This document shows positions 19,199 to 28,255 of a stretch of 32,445 bases of DNA, piece after piece. Numbering within the stretch: the stretch's first letter is position 1; each line of letters opens with the position of its first letter. The DNA is from a candidate division WOR-3 bacterium (GTDB lineage Bacteria > Hydrothermota > Tepidihabitantia > SM23-42), in the NCBI GenBank assembly GCA_020343455.1, contig CP070795.1:1402900-1435344 (forward strand), in the 5' to 3' direction. The position numbers and the translations under genes were made by a program. The notes beneath the pieces are model-generated. The model searched no databases and was not told where the DNA came from. It saw only the letters and a list, made by a program, of their open reading frames with translations.

Positions 19199-19756
19199 TT
19201 ATGCCGGTGGTTTTCTGAAAACGGAAAGGTAGTTCGGGTTCAGTCCATAATACATTCCGGAATATACGGGTGTAAGGTTCAGTTCACTTTGTCTGACAAT
19301 GGACATCAGGCCCTTCGGATTCAGAGTCCTCAGGTGAATGTTGCCCTTCTTGCTCAACGACCAAAAGGGAAGGCACGTAATCCCGGCGACCGGCTCATAT
19401 GGGTAGACGAGAATCAACGTGCCGCCCGGCCTCAGCACCCTACAGAATTCCCGAACTGCCTTCGGCAAATCGGGTATGTGCTCTATGGTGTGTATCGAAA
19501 AAACCGCATCGAATTTGCGATCAGGAAATGCCAGATTTTCAGCGTTACATACAAACACCCGATGCCCTTTGTGCCGTGCTGCCGCCACGACATCTTCATC
19601 GATGTCCACTCCATAGACGCAACCCGAGATTTTACCGAGTTCAGACATCATGAAGCCCCTGTTACAGCCCACCTCGAGCACGGTACCGCTTTTGCCCCCA
19701 TGGTAGTGGTCAATGATATTGTTGATGTGCAACCTCGTCGATAGCTCTCTTAGCAT
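19199..19756 (-). CDS. class I SAM-dependent methyltransferase (Methyltransf_11-like)
   Basis: Motifs VLEVGCNRG, GVDID, FDAVFSIHTIEHI, RVLRPGG. GGAG upstream. Confidence 0.88.
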   Translation of the reverse strand: MLRELSTRLHINNIIDHYHGGKSGTVLEVGCNRGFMMSELGKISGCVYGVDIDEDVVAAARHKGHRVFVCNAENLAFPDRKFDAVFSIHTIEHIPDLPKAVREFCRVLRPGGTLILVYPYEPVAGITCLPFWSLSKKGNIHLRTLNPKGLMSIVRQSELNLTPVYSGMYYGLNPNYLSVFRKPPA

Positions 19757-19799
19757 TATTTTCTCCGGTGCTGAACAATCGTGTTATCTTGCCTTCAAC

Positions 19800-19827
19800 A
19801 TTCTACCGATTTACCCAAAATTGTCAA
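19800..19827 (-). promoter_or_regulatory. sigma70-type promoter TTGACA-N16-TAGAAT
   Basis: The plus strand shows attcta at 19800-19805 and tgtcaa at 19822-19827. Confidence 0.72.
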
Positions 19828-19844
19828 CCCACACTCCGGGAATG

Positions 19845-21773
19845 TCACATGTTTTCGATCTTCACGGGTTCGACATCTTCGCTCAATTCAAATCCGAATA
19901 TGCGTGAATAGAAATACAATTCGGCTTCGAGAGCACGCCTGATATTGTCGGCATTGCGGAAACCGTGCTGTTCACCCTCAAACGTAATGTAGGCAACCGG
20001 TACGCCCCTGCGGCGCAGTGCCCCCACCATCTTCCGGGCCTGGTCAGGAGGTACTACCTCATCCTCAAGTCCCTGGAAGAATATTACGGGCGCTGACAGG
20101 CGCTCACTGTGATATAGTGGTGACCGTTCCCGATAAATATGTTTCGTGTTTGGATAAGGACCGACGAGACTATCCAGATAATATGACTCGAACTTGTGGG
20201 TTTCCTTTGCCAGCGCTTCGAGATCAGTCACACCATAATAACTCGCACCGGCCTTGAAATAGTCGCGGAACGTCAGGGCGGCAAGTGTGGTATAACCGCC
20301 GGCACTACTACCGCGGATAATGACGCGATTGCCATCGGCCAATCCCTTACTCACCAGGTGTTTGGCACCGTTGACACAATCATCGACGTCGACGACGCCC
20401 CAGTTACCTTTCAGGCGTTCGCGGTATGTACGGCCGTATCCTGTGCTGCCCCCATAATTGACATCGAGCACGGCAAAACCCCGGCTTGTCCAGTATTGGA
20501 TCTTCATTTCAAGAGAAGTGTAGCTACACGAAGTCGGCCCGCCGTGTGTGATTACGATCAGCGGCGGCATCTCGTTGGGGGCGGGATCATAATCTCGATT
20601 CTGGGGAGGATAGTAGAAACCGTGTGCTATCATACCATTTGCAGTCGTGAACTCAACCGATTGGGGTATTGAAATATCGCCAGGGTCTATGGACATATCC
20701 GCAGAATCTCTGATTACTGTCTCCTCCAGTGTCGTTATGTTGTGCTTGACGACCGTGAGGCCTCTCGTGGGTGAACCGCCATGGAATACAAGCCAATCGC
20801 CGACCGTCTTCAAGTTCGCAATGCGGGTATATTGACTTTCAATTCGCTTCAGTTCTTTCGTCCTGAGGTCGACGGTCGCTACATACCAGATACCCCTCCG
20901 ATTGTAAGCACACGCCAGCATGTCTCTGCTGATAAACCCGTACGTGGTCAAGCTGAAATTCCATTGAGGCAAGCCAAATTCCGCATTCAAATCAGTCACG
21001 CTCTCGACCCTACCATCCACGCTTCTTTTGATGTTCCACCAGCCGTTTCTATCTGACACGAAATATAGAATACCATCGGGCGACCATTCGGGTTGGAATA
21101 TGGACTCTGAATGCCCACCGCAAACAATGAACGGATCCGAAAAAGAGCCGTCGTCACTGACCTTGGCGACCCACAACTCAGTACCGTCCCACGGCATATC
21201 CGGGTGATTCCATGTCAACCATGCGATCTTTGAACCATCGGGGCTAAGCCGCGGTGATGAGTAGAAGTCATTCCCTGATACCAGGGTTCGGGATTTCCGG
21301 ACCCCGTCGATGTCGATATCGGCGATGACATTGGCGGGCTCTCCTTCATGAGCATGGTCTTCTTCCACACATACCAAGCGGCCGCGATGCGCATCAAAAG
21401 CGAAATCTGCAAACCGCTTGTCCTTTTCCCGTGTCAGGCAAATCGGCACTCCATCCGGACCCTGGCGGTAGATTTGCTGATCCGAGAAATTAGTGAAGAA
21501 AACGACGCCTTTATGAACAATGAACGCCGCCCCACCGTATTCATGGACACGACTGCGTGCACTGTACGGAGGAACGATTACGTCAGAAATCTCTCCCCGA
21601 GTATCAAAGCGCACAATGACGCTCCGCCCTTTTTCCACAGGACGGCTCTCGACCCAGTATACAACATCGCCGTCGACGACTATTTCGCCGAATCTTACGC
21701 TCTGACGGGCAACGCTATCCGCCGTGATCGGCGAAGACCACGAACCATAGCGTGCTCTACTCTTCTTGGGCAT
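19845..21773 (-). CDS. S9 family (prolyl oligopeptidase/acylaminoacyl-peptidase-like) serine peptidase
   Basis: Motifs YGSWSSPIT, VHEYGG, HGGPT, DVNYGGSTGYGR. Catalytic triad in GSSAGG, QGLED and EQHGF. Confidence 0.95.
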   Translation of the reverse strand: MPKKSRARYGSWSSPITADSVARQSVRFGEIVVDGDVVYWVESRPVEKGRSVIVRFDTRGEISDVIVPPYSARSRVHEYGGAAFIVHKGVVFFTNFSDQQIYRQGPDGVPICLTREKDKRFADFAFDAHRGRLVCVEEDHAHEGEPANVIADIDIDGVRKSRTLVSGNDFYSSPRLSPDGSKIAWLTWNHPDMPWDGTELWVAKVSDDGSFSDPFIVCGGHSESIFQPEWSPDGILYFVSDRNGWWNIKRSVDGRVESVTDLNAEFGLPQWNFSLTTYGFISRDMLACAYNRRGIWYVATVDLRTKELKRIESQYTRIANLKTVGDWLVFHGGSPTRGLTVVKHNITTLEETVIRDSADMSIDPGDISIPQSVEFTTANGMIAHGFYYPPQNRDYDPAPNEMPPLIVITHGGPTSCSYTSLEMKIQYWTSRGFAVLDVNYGGSTGYGRTYRERLKGNWGVVDVDDCVNGAKHLVSKGLADGNRVIIRGSSAGGYTTLAALTFRDYFKAGASYYGVTDLEALAKETHKFESYYLDSLVGPYPNTKHIYRERSPLYHSERLSAPVIFFQGLEDEVVPPDQARKMVGALRRRGVPVAYITFEGEQHGFRNADNIRRALEAELYFYSRIFGFELSEDVEPVKIENM

Positions 21774-23513
21774 CTATTCGAATTCGATGATGCCGAAGTT
21801 GGCAGGTGAATGGCCGAAGGGCAGTGTCCAGTATGCAGCACTCGCGCTGCCCGTCTGCAGCCTCCTGAAGTTCAACCCCCATCGTTCGTCATTTCGCTCT
21901 GCAAATGCATCTTTGGGAATCTTAATTTCAAGGACCCAAGAGTCTTGCTCACGACCATTCTCGATCTCCCACGGTCCATTCCATGCTACATCTGTATTGA
22001 TACGACCTTCATCTACGCTGCAGGCTCGATCGAACGCAAAACCGTTGGGATTCACGATCAGTTGGTAGTAGGTTCTTTCGTCATGATTCACGTCAAAGAA
22101 AAACCAGATATTGTCGTCGGTGTATGTCGGGCCATCGCGCTGTGCGACCCTGGCGCGGACATTGCTAAGATCTCTTTCATGGCTACGTACCCCGATATAG
22201 ACATTCATCCGATCGTGCCCGAGATACAAGTCAGTACCTTCCATTGAAGACGGCATGCCGAAATCATCTCCGAGATATTTAATCGGCGTCAATCTTTGCC
22301 AGGCTGAGTCTGCCAGGCTGCCGTCGATTTCCGGAGGTTCATCCATGAGTTCCACCGCTTTCACCCGCTTGATGCTCAACATGGTGTTCAACGTACAAAC
22401 CTTGTCAAAAGCATAGGGATACTCCAACGCACATCTTGGCAGCGGGAACAAGTGTGATCCATCGAAAATCTGGACCTTGATATCGCACGTACTCGACTCT
22501 TCTGCACCCAAAGCCAGTGGTATGATTGCCGGAATGATACTGTATCTCGTCGAATCGAACTGCCAGGCAATTGGCCCAGATATCGAATCAGTGCTGGTAT
22601 TGCTCACTGTCATCCGGCAGCTACTCGAAACATTCTTCTCCCCTTCCCTGACCATTGTGCCGATCATGGATACGACCTCCTGCTGTGCCCGTTGAACAGA
22701 GTAGTAATCACTGCCCGTGAATACATTACGGTAGAAAACACTCCCGTGCTTGATGACGGCAACATTGTATTCATCTTCTTTGACAGTCACAAACAAGTAG
22801 TGATAGAAATTACCTTTCCCCATATCATGATCTCGCATTGCAGCACCAGAACTGCCAACTGCTATATAGTCGATGCCGTCTTCATTGAGATACATATAGC
22901 TGCCAATTCCGCCGTTAAAGACGGCACGTACCCGGTACTCGAGGCACAGGTCAACAAAGGCACTGGGTTGGCCACTCGAGAGAGCGGTGAGGTAGAATGG
23001 CGTATTGAAGAAAATGAATATGTGGTCTACATGCTTGTTCCGTTCGAGATCACTAACCAACCAGGCGTACTGTAGTGTGTCAACCTCTGGCATGGGAGCC
23101 CAGGCATTCATAGAATTGTCCAGAACAACGAAATGACAATTCCCTTTGTCGAAGGAGTAGTATCTTTTGCGGCCAGTTTCCTTCTCGAAGATTGTGCGTG
23201 TGATGTCATCGCTGATATCGTTGCTGCCCGGCACGAAATACTTCGCGCAATTGAGTATCGCCAATGTATTCTTAACATCGAACCATTGCGCATGTATATT
23301 ACTACTATCCGCGCCTTGTACCTCAATCAAATTCCCAACATTAATCACAAAATCGGGCTGCAGGAGTGATATTTCGTCAACGACCGCGTCGAAAATGCCC
23401 TCAACGGGATCACTGGTTCGAGCTCCCATCACCACGAATCTTGTTTCTTCGCCGCCGACCGGCGACGCCGTGCCAAGAGCTAGGACAATTAAGCAAACGA
23501 CATGCAATTTCAT
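21774..23513 (-). CDS. secreted calcineurin-like metallophosphoesterase-fold protein (degenerate active site) with C-terminal CBM9-like domain
   Basis: Signal peptide, then an MPP fold pattern (RFVVMG, PDFVINVG, YFVPG, YYSFD.GNCHFVVLDN, Q..WL..DL). The C-terminus reads PEIDGSL.D..W, FFD...D..TYYQLIVNP.G, WVLEIKIP, WGLNFRR. Confidence 0.8.
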   Translation of the reverse strand: MKLHVVCLIVLALGTASPVGGEETRFVVMGARTSDPVEGIFDAVVDEISLLQPDFVINVGNLIEVQGADSSNIHAQWFDVKNTLAILNCAKYFVPGSNDISDDITRTIFEKETGRKRYYSFDKGNCHFVVLDNSMNAWAPMPEVDTLQYAWLVSDLERNKHVDHIFIFFNTPFYLTALSSGQPSAFVDLCLEYRVRAVFNGGIGSYMYLNEDGIDYIAVGSSGAAMRDHDMGKGNFYHYLFVTVKEDEYNVAVIKHGSVFYRNVFTGSDYYSVQRAQQEVVSMIGTMVREGEKNVSSSCRMTVSNTSTDSISGPIAWQFDSTRYSIIPAIIPLALGAEESSTCDIKVQIFDGSHLFPLPRCALEYPYAFDKVCTLNTMLSIKRVKAVELMDEPPEIDGSLADSAWQRLTPIKYLGDDFGMPSSMEGTDLYLGHDRMNVYIGVRSHERDLSNVRARVAQRDGPTYTDDNIWFFFDVNHDERTYYQLIVNPNGFAFDRACSVDEGRINTDVAWNGPWEIENGREQDSWVLEIKIPKDAFAERNDERWGLNFRRLQTGSASAAYWTLPFGHSPANFGIIEFE

Positions 23514-23523
23514 CGTACCTCCA

Positions 23524-24387
23524 TTATTTCCTCAACACACTATCTATGAAAGCATCCTCCTTAGGCTTGAGGAGCTTAAGAAGATCGTCATGCAATTTCT
23601 GCGCTCTCAGTCCAATCCAATTATCTGGCAAGAGTTCCAGCGGAAGCATGGGATCCTTCAACCTGAGTGAGACATACTCGACAGTCATGAAAAACCTTCG
23701 GGCAAAACACTCGGCTAAAGTCAATTCCTTGCAGCTCTGCTGTGCCTTCCGGCACAAAGCATAAAGGGCTTCGTGGCTGCGAACGAAGACCCCATAATTC
23801 TTGGCGAGAGCCTTTACGTTCCATGTGAGCGCTGCGAATTCCCTTAGGCTTTGCCTCCCCGCATACTCAGCAACGAATGTCTGGACGAAACCTGACATCC
23901 CGCTATCTTTGACATACTGGTCGACTTCAGTACGAACACCGTGCGGTGCAATCCAGACCGAACCGCATAACCTTGCAAAACCAAGGCTCATTAGTTTAGT
24001 TCTAAACTTGTCACGCAAACTCCTATATTTCTCTGGTATACAGTAAACAACGAGCCGCCATTTGCCGTCCCACTGCTTATGTTCCGTCTCAAATGCCCGT
24101 ACCCTACCCTGCTCCATCCATTTCATACCCTGCTCACTCAAGGAATAATAACTGTTCCTGCCCGACCGCCTGATATTGAAAACACCTTGTCTGGACATCC
24201 GCGACAGCCCGAGACGTACAGCATTGGCAGAGTACCCGAGCGGAACGACAAGTTCAAGCAGATCAGCAACGTGTACTTCTCCTCCGCGCGGAACAACATA
24301 GGCTCCGAAAAGTGTATAGACAACGGTGGCAAGCGGAGCCTGTATCTTCTTATGTCTACTTGCGGCAATACGTTTTTCTACTGACAT
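23524..24387 (-). CDS. PaaX-family transcriptional regulator
   Basis: N-terminal wHTH (TLFGAYV, NAVRLGLSRM, YYSLSEQG), central WDGKWRLVVY.IPE..R.LRD, and C-terminal LKDPMLPLELLPDNWIG. Confidence 0.88.
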   Translation of the reverse strand: MSVEKRIAASRHKKIQAPLATVVYTLFGAYVVPRGGEVHVADLLELVVPLGYSANAVRLGLSRMSRQGVFNIRRSGRNSYYSLSEQGMKWMEQGRVRAFETEHKQWDGKWRLVVYCIPEKYRSLRDKFRTKLMSLGFARLCGSVWIAPHGVRTEVDQYVKDSGMSGFVQTFVAEYAGRQSLREFAALTWNVKALAKNYGVFVRSHEALYALCRKAQQSCKELTLAECFARRFFMTVEYVSLRLKDPMLPLELLPDNWIGLRAQKLHDDLLKLLKPKEDAFIDSVLRK

Positions 24388-24392
24388 ATATC

Positions 24393-24420
24393 ATTATACC
24401 GGTAGCCTGGCCGTTGTCAA
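24393..24420 (-). promoter_or_regulatory. consensus sigma70 promoter TTGACA-N16-TATAAT, probably giving a leaderless mRNA
   Basis: The plus strand shows attata at 24393-24398 and tgtcaa at 24415-24420. Only 5 nt separate the -10 box from the ATG at 24387. Confidence 0.75.
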
Positions 24421-24442
24421 GGCGTGAGAGTGTGACGCGTGA

Positions 24443-25111
24443 CTATTGCCAGGTCGACCTAAGTAACAGGTTACTCAGCTCGCCGACGCAGTGCACCATG
24501 TAAGTTGGATCCAGCTCGGCGAGTTCTTGTTCTGATCCATAGCCGTAGGTAACTGCTACCGAGTCGATCCCATTTTCTCTTGCTCCGGTGACATCATCCC
24601 GGTGATCACCGATCATTAAACAGAAATCTTTCGAATAGGGCGATATCTCTTCGAGGATATCTGCCAAGATCTCGGTTTTTGAGGCACGCGTCAGGTCGAA
24701 ATTACTCCCAAATACAGAGTCAAAGTAACCATCTATGCTGAAATGTTCGAGTATCCTGAGCGCGTAGATCGAAGCCTTCGACGTTGCGAGAATCAAGCGG
24801 CATCCCTTTGCATCGAGAATCGCCAGCAGATCCGAAATGCCTCCACAGAGTTTGCTCTCATAGATGCCCCGCGTTCCATAGTACTCGCGATATTGAGCCA
24901 CTGCCTCTCGTGCTCTGCTCTCATCGAGGCCGTAGTATTTCATGAATGAATCAAGTAACGGAGGACCTATGAATTTGTCCAGGCTTGTTTTGTTTTCTTC
25001 CTCAATACCCAGTTTTGATAATGCGTAGAGAATGGAATTGGTAATGCCGGGTTTGGAGTCGGTCAGCGTGCCGTCAAGGTCAAAGAGATAAGTAGTGTAG
25101 TGTTTCACCAA
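24443..25111 (-). CDS. HAD-superfamily phosphatase (phosphoglycolate phosphatase/5'-nucleotidase-like)
   Basis: Motifs LFDLDGTLTDSKPGI, FIGPPL, ATSK, MIGDHRDD..GA, VTYGYG. Confidence 0.92.
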   Translation of the reverse strand: MVKHYTTYLFDLDGTLTDSKPGITNSILYALSKLGIEEENKTSLDKFIGPPLLDSFMKYYGLDESRAREAVAQYREYYGTRGIYESKLCGGISDLLAILDAKGCRLILATSKASIYALRILEHFSIDGYFDSVFGSNFDLTRASKTEILADILEEISPYSKDFCLMIGDHRDDVTGARENGIDSVAVTYGYGSEQELAELDPTYMVHCVGELSNLLLRSTWQ

Positions 25112-25138
25112 GGAAAACCGACCGCCGTGAATGCACCT

Positions 25139-25798
25139 CTAATCGATTGGATAGCCCACTGTTTGCGCCAGTATGATCTTCTGTCCGAGCCCCAATTTCA
25201 TTTTTCTTGCCAACTCGACTCGGTCGAGAGCGCCGCGCACGACCGTTGCAAGACCCACGGACGCACAGTACAGATAGACATTCTGACTTATGAAGCCGGC
25301 ATCTGCCGCCGAGTAGAAATCTTTGTCCTTTTGCGACGCCCTACCCATCCGTGAATAATCGGCGACAAAGACGAGGTTGACCGGCGCCTCTTTCACGAAT
25401 TCCTGCGTACCGGTTGCCTCACGCACATCATCAGCCGATACATGCACCAGCACGTGCCTGAATGCATCATATCTATAGAGTCCGTTTGCCGTTGCAACAT
25501 ATATGTCTATTTCCTGCCAGTTAACTGCAGAGGGTGCGGTGCGCTTCCCTGACTCTGGTCGGTTCACGCCCCATGCTGCCCAGAGCATATCTGATAGGAC
25601 CTGTAGCGGAATTTCTTTGCGGCTGAATTGCCGTGACGATCTTCTATCGGCCAAGACTTCCATGAGGGGACGGCCACCCGTTGTCCTCGGCTTTGGCAGC
25701 TCCAGAACCAGAGAACCATCTGCCACAACTGAACCGCAGAAACAGAGGATAACGAGCAGGAAACGCAGCGTATGCGTCAACTGTCTTATATTCACCAT
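25139..25798 (-). CDS. SagB/ThcOx-like nitroreductase-fold protein with signal peptide
   Basis: Motifs RRSSRQF, LWAAWGVNR, RTAPSA.NWQEID, DAGFISQNVYLYCAS, QTVGYP. Start moved to ATG 25798 because the longer ORF overlaps the upstream gene. Confidence 0.85.
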   Translation of the reverse strand: MVNIRQLTHTLRFLLVILCFCGSVVADGSLVLELPKPRTTGGRPLMEVLADRRSSRQFSRKEIPLQVLSDMLWAAWGVNRPESGKRTAPSAVNWQEIDIYVATANGLYRYDAFRHVLVHVSADDVREATGTQEFVKEAPVNLVFVADYSRMGRASQKDKDFYSAADAGFISQNVYLYCASVGLATVVRGALDRVELARKMKLGLGQKIILAQTVGYPID

Positions 25799-25836
25799 TC
25801 CTCGCTTTCGAAAACCGGAATTCTCATTAACCTCTT

Positions 25837-27324
25837 TCACGGCAGGAATACGCACTTCGTATTCCGCTCTGATCCACCGGCAACGAGACGGATGAAATAT
25901 GTACCGGCGCTCAACTCCCCGGGATGCCACCTAACACTATGAACACCCGGTGCCATCAATCCGTCGGCGAGCACGGATATTCTCTCTCCGGTACTGTTGT
26001 ACACCCCAAGCGTCACACGACCGTAACATGAGATGCTGTAGGTTATCTCCGTCAATGTCTGAAAAGGATTTGGACAACTCTTCAAAATGGTCGCTGCGTG
26101 CGGGCACCCGGTTGGATACCTGAATCCCTCGTCTACTGACAGCGCGCCGCTGCTCTTCACATGATAGATGTCATACAGACCCGTATTCCCTCCAGTGTGA
26201 CAGGCAACATGGCCGTATCCCTCTCCGTCGATCCCGAAAGAGGGCGTGAAATGGTCGGTACCGATGACAGAACTCACCTGCCAATTACCGACCGTGTTCT
26301 TACGGGAGTAGTATACGTTCCCCGTATACATGTTGCCGCTCGTTTCCATCCACACGACATGCGGCCGTCCGTTGGGATCGATGTCCATCGATGGATTCGC
26401 GGCGCTGTTGCTCAGTGACGCCAATTCGTACTGCTGCCACGCCTGACCTGACGGCTTGTACAGGTAATAGATACGACCAGGAAACCCCCAGCCATCGTTC
26501 CCGGCGGCGGCAAGGTGACAGTCACCGTCGTCTTCAATGACCAGCGAAGCACTAAAATCATTCAAATTGCCGCTGTATAATACTTCATAGTCCCAGACCG
26601 TAGGGCCTTGTACACTGTTCCAGGCATGGTGTATATGGTAATTGCCGTAATCGCCGCCGCGGTAAACGATGTGCGCAACGCCTTCGGCCGTGACCGCGAT
26701 GAACGGCGATGCACCTGTGCCAAACGGGCCGAGATCACTCGCCGTCAGTGTCTGAACGTCCCAGCCGAGATAGGGGCCGGCAAAGTAACTCGAAGCATAC
26801 GCGATCTTGTACTGCCCGGTATTGGGATCATCGGTAATCCATGCTGCATGTGGCATACCCCAGCCGTCGATGGCAATGGTCGGCGAGCAGTCGAGCTGTG
26901 CGTTGGCGACAATGGGCTCAACCTGCCACGACCCACCCCAACCGTGAGCTGCGTAGATATCCGAATTCTGCTCGTACACGACAAAAACTTCCCCGACGAC
27001 CGACGACCAGGCCATTGCGGGATCAAAGGCCACCTCCATTGTATCACCAACATGCTGTGGCGTGCCCCATATCCCAGCCGGGCTGTTCGTACAGTAGAAG
27101 ACGCGCCATCCCCCGGTAATCTGATCTTTCCATACTAGATGCACCATGTCAGAGTCGTCGAGACACAACGATTGGATCGTCGTCTCTTTCCGGATCTGCG
27201 TATTGGTGATCGTATCGATAGCTGGATTTTGCCACTGTCCCCACAACAGCGAGGTTGCGCCAAATGCGATCGCTAAGGCACAAACATACATCAATGATCC
27301 ACGTACCTCGCTTATACGATTCAT
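25837..27324 (-). CDS. secreted beta-propeller protein with T9SS type-A/FlgD-Ig-like C-terminal sorting domain
   Basis: Signal peptide and about 7 repeats of P-x-phi-x-phi-D-x-x-G-x-x-H-phi-x-W/Y. The C-terminus reads CPNPF..TEITY..VTLGVYNSTGERI..L...G.H...W...LSAGTYFIRL. GGAGGT precedes ATG 27324. Confidence 0.85.
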   Translation of the reverse strand: MNRISEVRGSLMYVCALAIAFGATSLLWGQWQNPAIDTITNTQIRKETTIQSLCLDDSDMVHLVWKDQITGGWRVFYCTNSPAGIWGTPQHVGDTMEVAFDPAMAWSSVVGEVFVVYEQNSDIYAAHGWGGSWQVEPIVANAQLDCSPTIAIDGWGMPHAAWITDDPNTGQYKIAYASSYFAGPYLGWDVQTLTASDLGPFGTGASPFIAVTAEGVAHIVYRGGDYGNYHIHHAWNSVQGPTVWDYEVLYSGNLNDFSASLVIEDDGDCHLAAAGNDGWGFPGRIYYLYKPSGQAWQQYELASLSNSAANPSMDIDPNGRPHVVWMETSGNMYTGNVYYSRKNTVGNWQVSSVIGTDHFTPSFGIDGEGYGHVACHTGGNTGLYDIYHVKSSGALSVDEGFRYPTGCPHAATILKSCPNPFQTLTEITYSISCYGRVTLGVYNSTGERISVLADGLMAPGVHSVRWHPGELSAGTYFIRLVAGGSERNTKCVFLP

Positions 27325-27335
27325 AAATACCTCCA

Positions 27336-27662
27336 TTACTGCTGACTCAGTGTCGAATAGAGCCACCATCTCTTCATTGCCTGCCCTTTCGACATTGACT
27401 TCCGTTCAAAATAGACTTTCATGGTCAAGCCATTCGTGGTGACTATTTTGTACCAATGTTTGCGTACGTATTTTTCTCTGCCGCCGCTCTTGCACGGCGT
27501 TGTCTCTTTCCACTTCTCGGCAACCTCTGCGACAACATATTCTTTTTTTCGCCACCTGAATTTCGATGGAAAACCCGGCTCACCACGGGACATCGCTTTT
27601 GTGTCGAACGTTCCCTTCACAGGGGTGATGATCTCGCTGACAAAGATCTCGTTTGTCGTCAT
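27336..27662 (-). CDS. DUF6504-like small protein
   Basis: Motifs GEPGFPSKFRWR, YVRKHWY, VYFER, WWLYS. ATGA overlap with the O-methyltransferase stop. Confidence 0.7.
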   Translation of the reverse strand: MTTNEIFVSEIITPVKGTFDTKAMSRGEPGFPSKFRWRKKEYVVAEVAEKWKETTPCKSGGREKYVRKHWYKIVTTNGLTMKVYFERKSMSKGQAMKRWWLYSTLSQQ

Positions 27663-28255
27663 CTTCTTACGCACAATAGCAAGCCACTGCCGATCGGCAA
27701 GACCATGGCATATACTCGTTGATCGCTCAACGCGTCGTCGACCATCTCCTTCAGGATTTCCTTATGACTGAGAACATTGTCGGCAACGAGGATACCCCGC
27801 TGCACCATGTTGGGTACGATCTTATCGTAACATTCGGCGTAGCATTCCTTCTCGGCATCGAGGAAACAGAATGATACGTCCTTGTATGCCTGGAGATGAA
27901 GCAGGGCATCTCCCGGAACGAGATCGACGACATCGTCCACTCCGGCGACACGAAAAGTCTCACGGGCGAGTTCGATCTTCTTCGGCAGCACTTCGAAGGT
28001 GATCAATTTCCTGCCGAGTTCCCTGCATGCAACGGATATCCAGAGCGCCGAATAGCCGCCGCTCGTACCGATCTCAAGATATGTTCCCGCCGGTGCCATC
28101 ATCGCCATACAGGCGAGGAACTTCCCCGTATCCGGCGGAACCTGCCTGAGCCTCACGTCCGGCGGAACGTCACCAGAACGGTGTCTCCTATCGAGCTCCT
28201 CGAGAAACGCCATCCGCTTCTTCATCGGCACCGGTACATTGTCCAACAATCCCAT
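27659..28255 (-). CDS. O-methyltransferase (caffeoyl-CoA/Methyltransf_3-like)
   Basis: Motifs TGKFL, LEIGTSGGYSALW, TFE, GDA, FLDAEKECY, LVADNVLSH, PIGSGL. Confidence 0.9.
   Translation of the reverse strand: MGLLDNVPVPMKKRMAFLEELDRRHRSGDVPPDVRLRQVPPDTGKFLACMAMMAPAGTYLEIGTSGGYSALWISVACRELGRKLITFEVLPKKIELARETFRVAGVDDVVDLVPGDALLHLQAYKDVSFCFLDAEKECYAECYDKIVPNMVQRGILVADNVLSHKEILKEMVDDALSDQRVYAMVLPIGSGLLLCVRR

Noticed and set aside
23900-24080. Cas2-like segment (WRLVVYCIPE...LRDKFR..L..LGF..L..SVW) suggesting CRISPR-Cas
   Set aside because: This is the normal central domain of PaaX, flanked by the PaaX wHTH and C-terminal motifs. No cas genes or repeat-spacer array are in the window.
25139-25798. 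SagB/ThcOx dehydrogenase as sign of an azole RiPP cluster
   Set aside because: No YcaO, E1-like protein or precursor peptide is nearby. It looks like the stand-alone, signal-peptide-bearing nitroreductase type.
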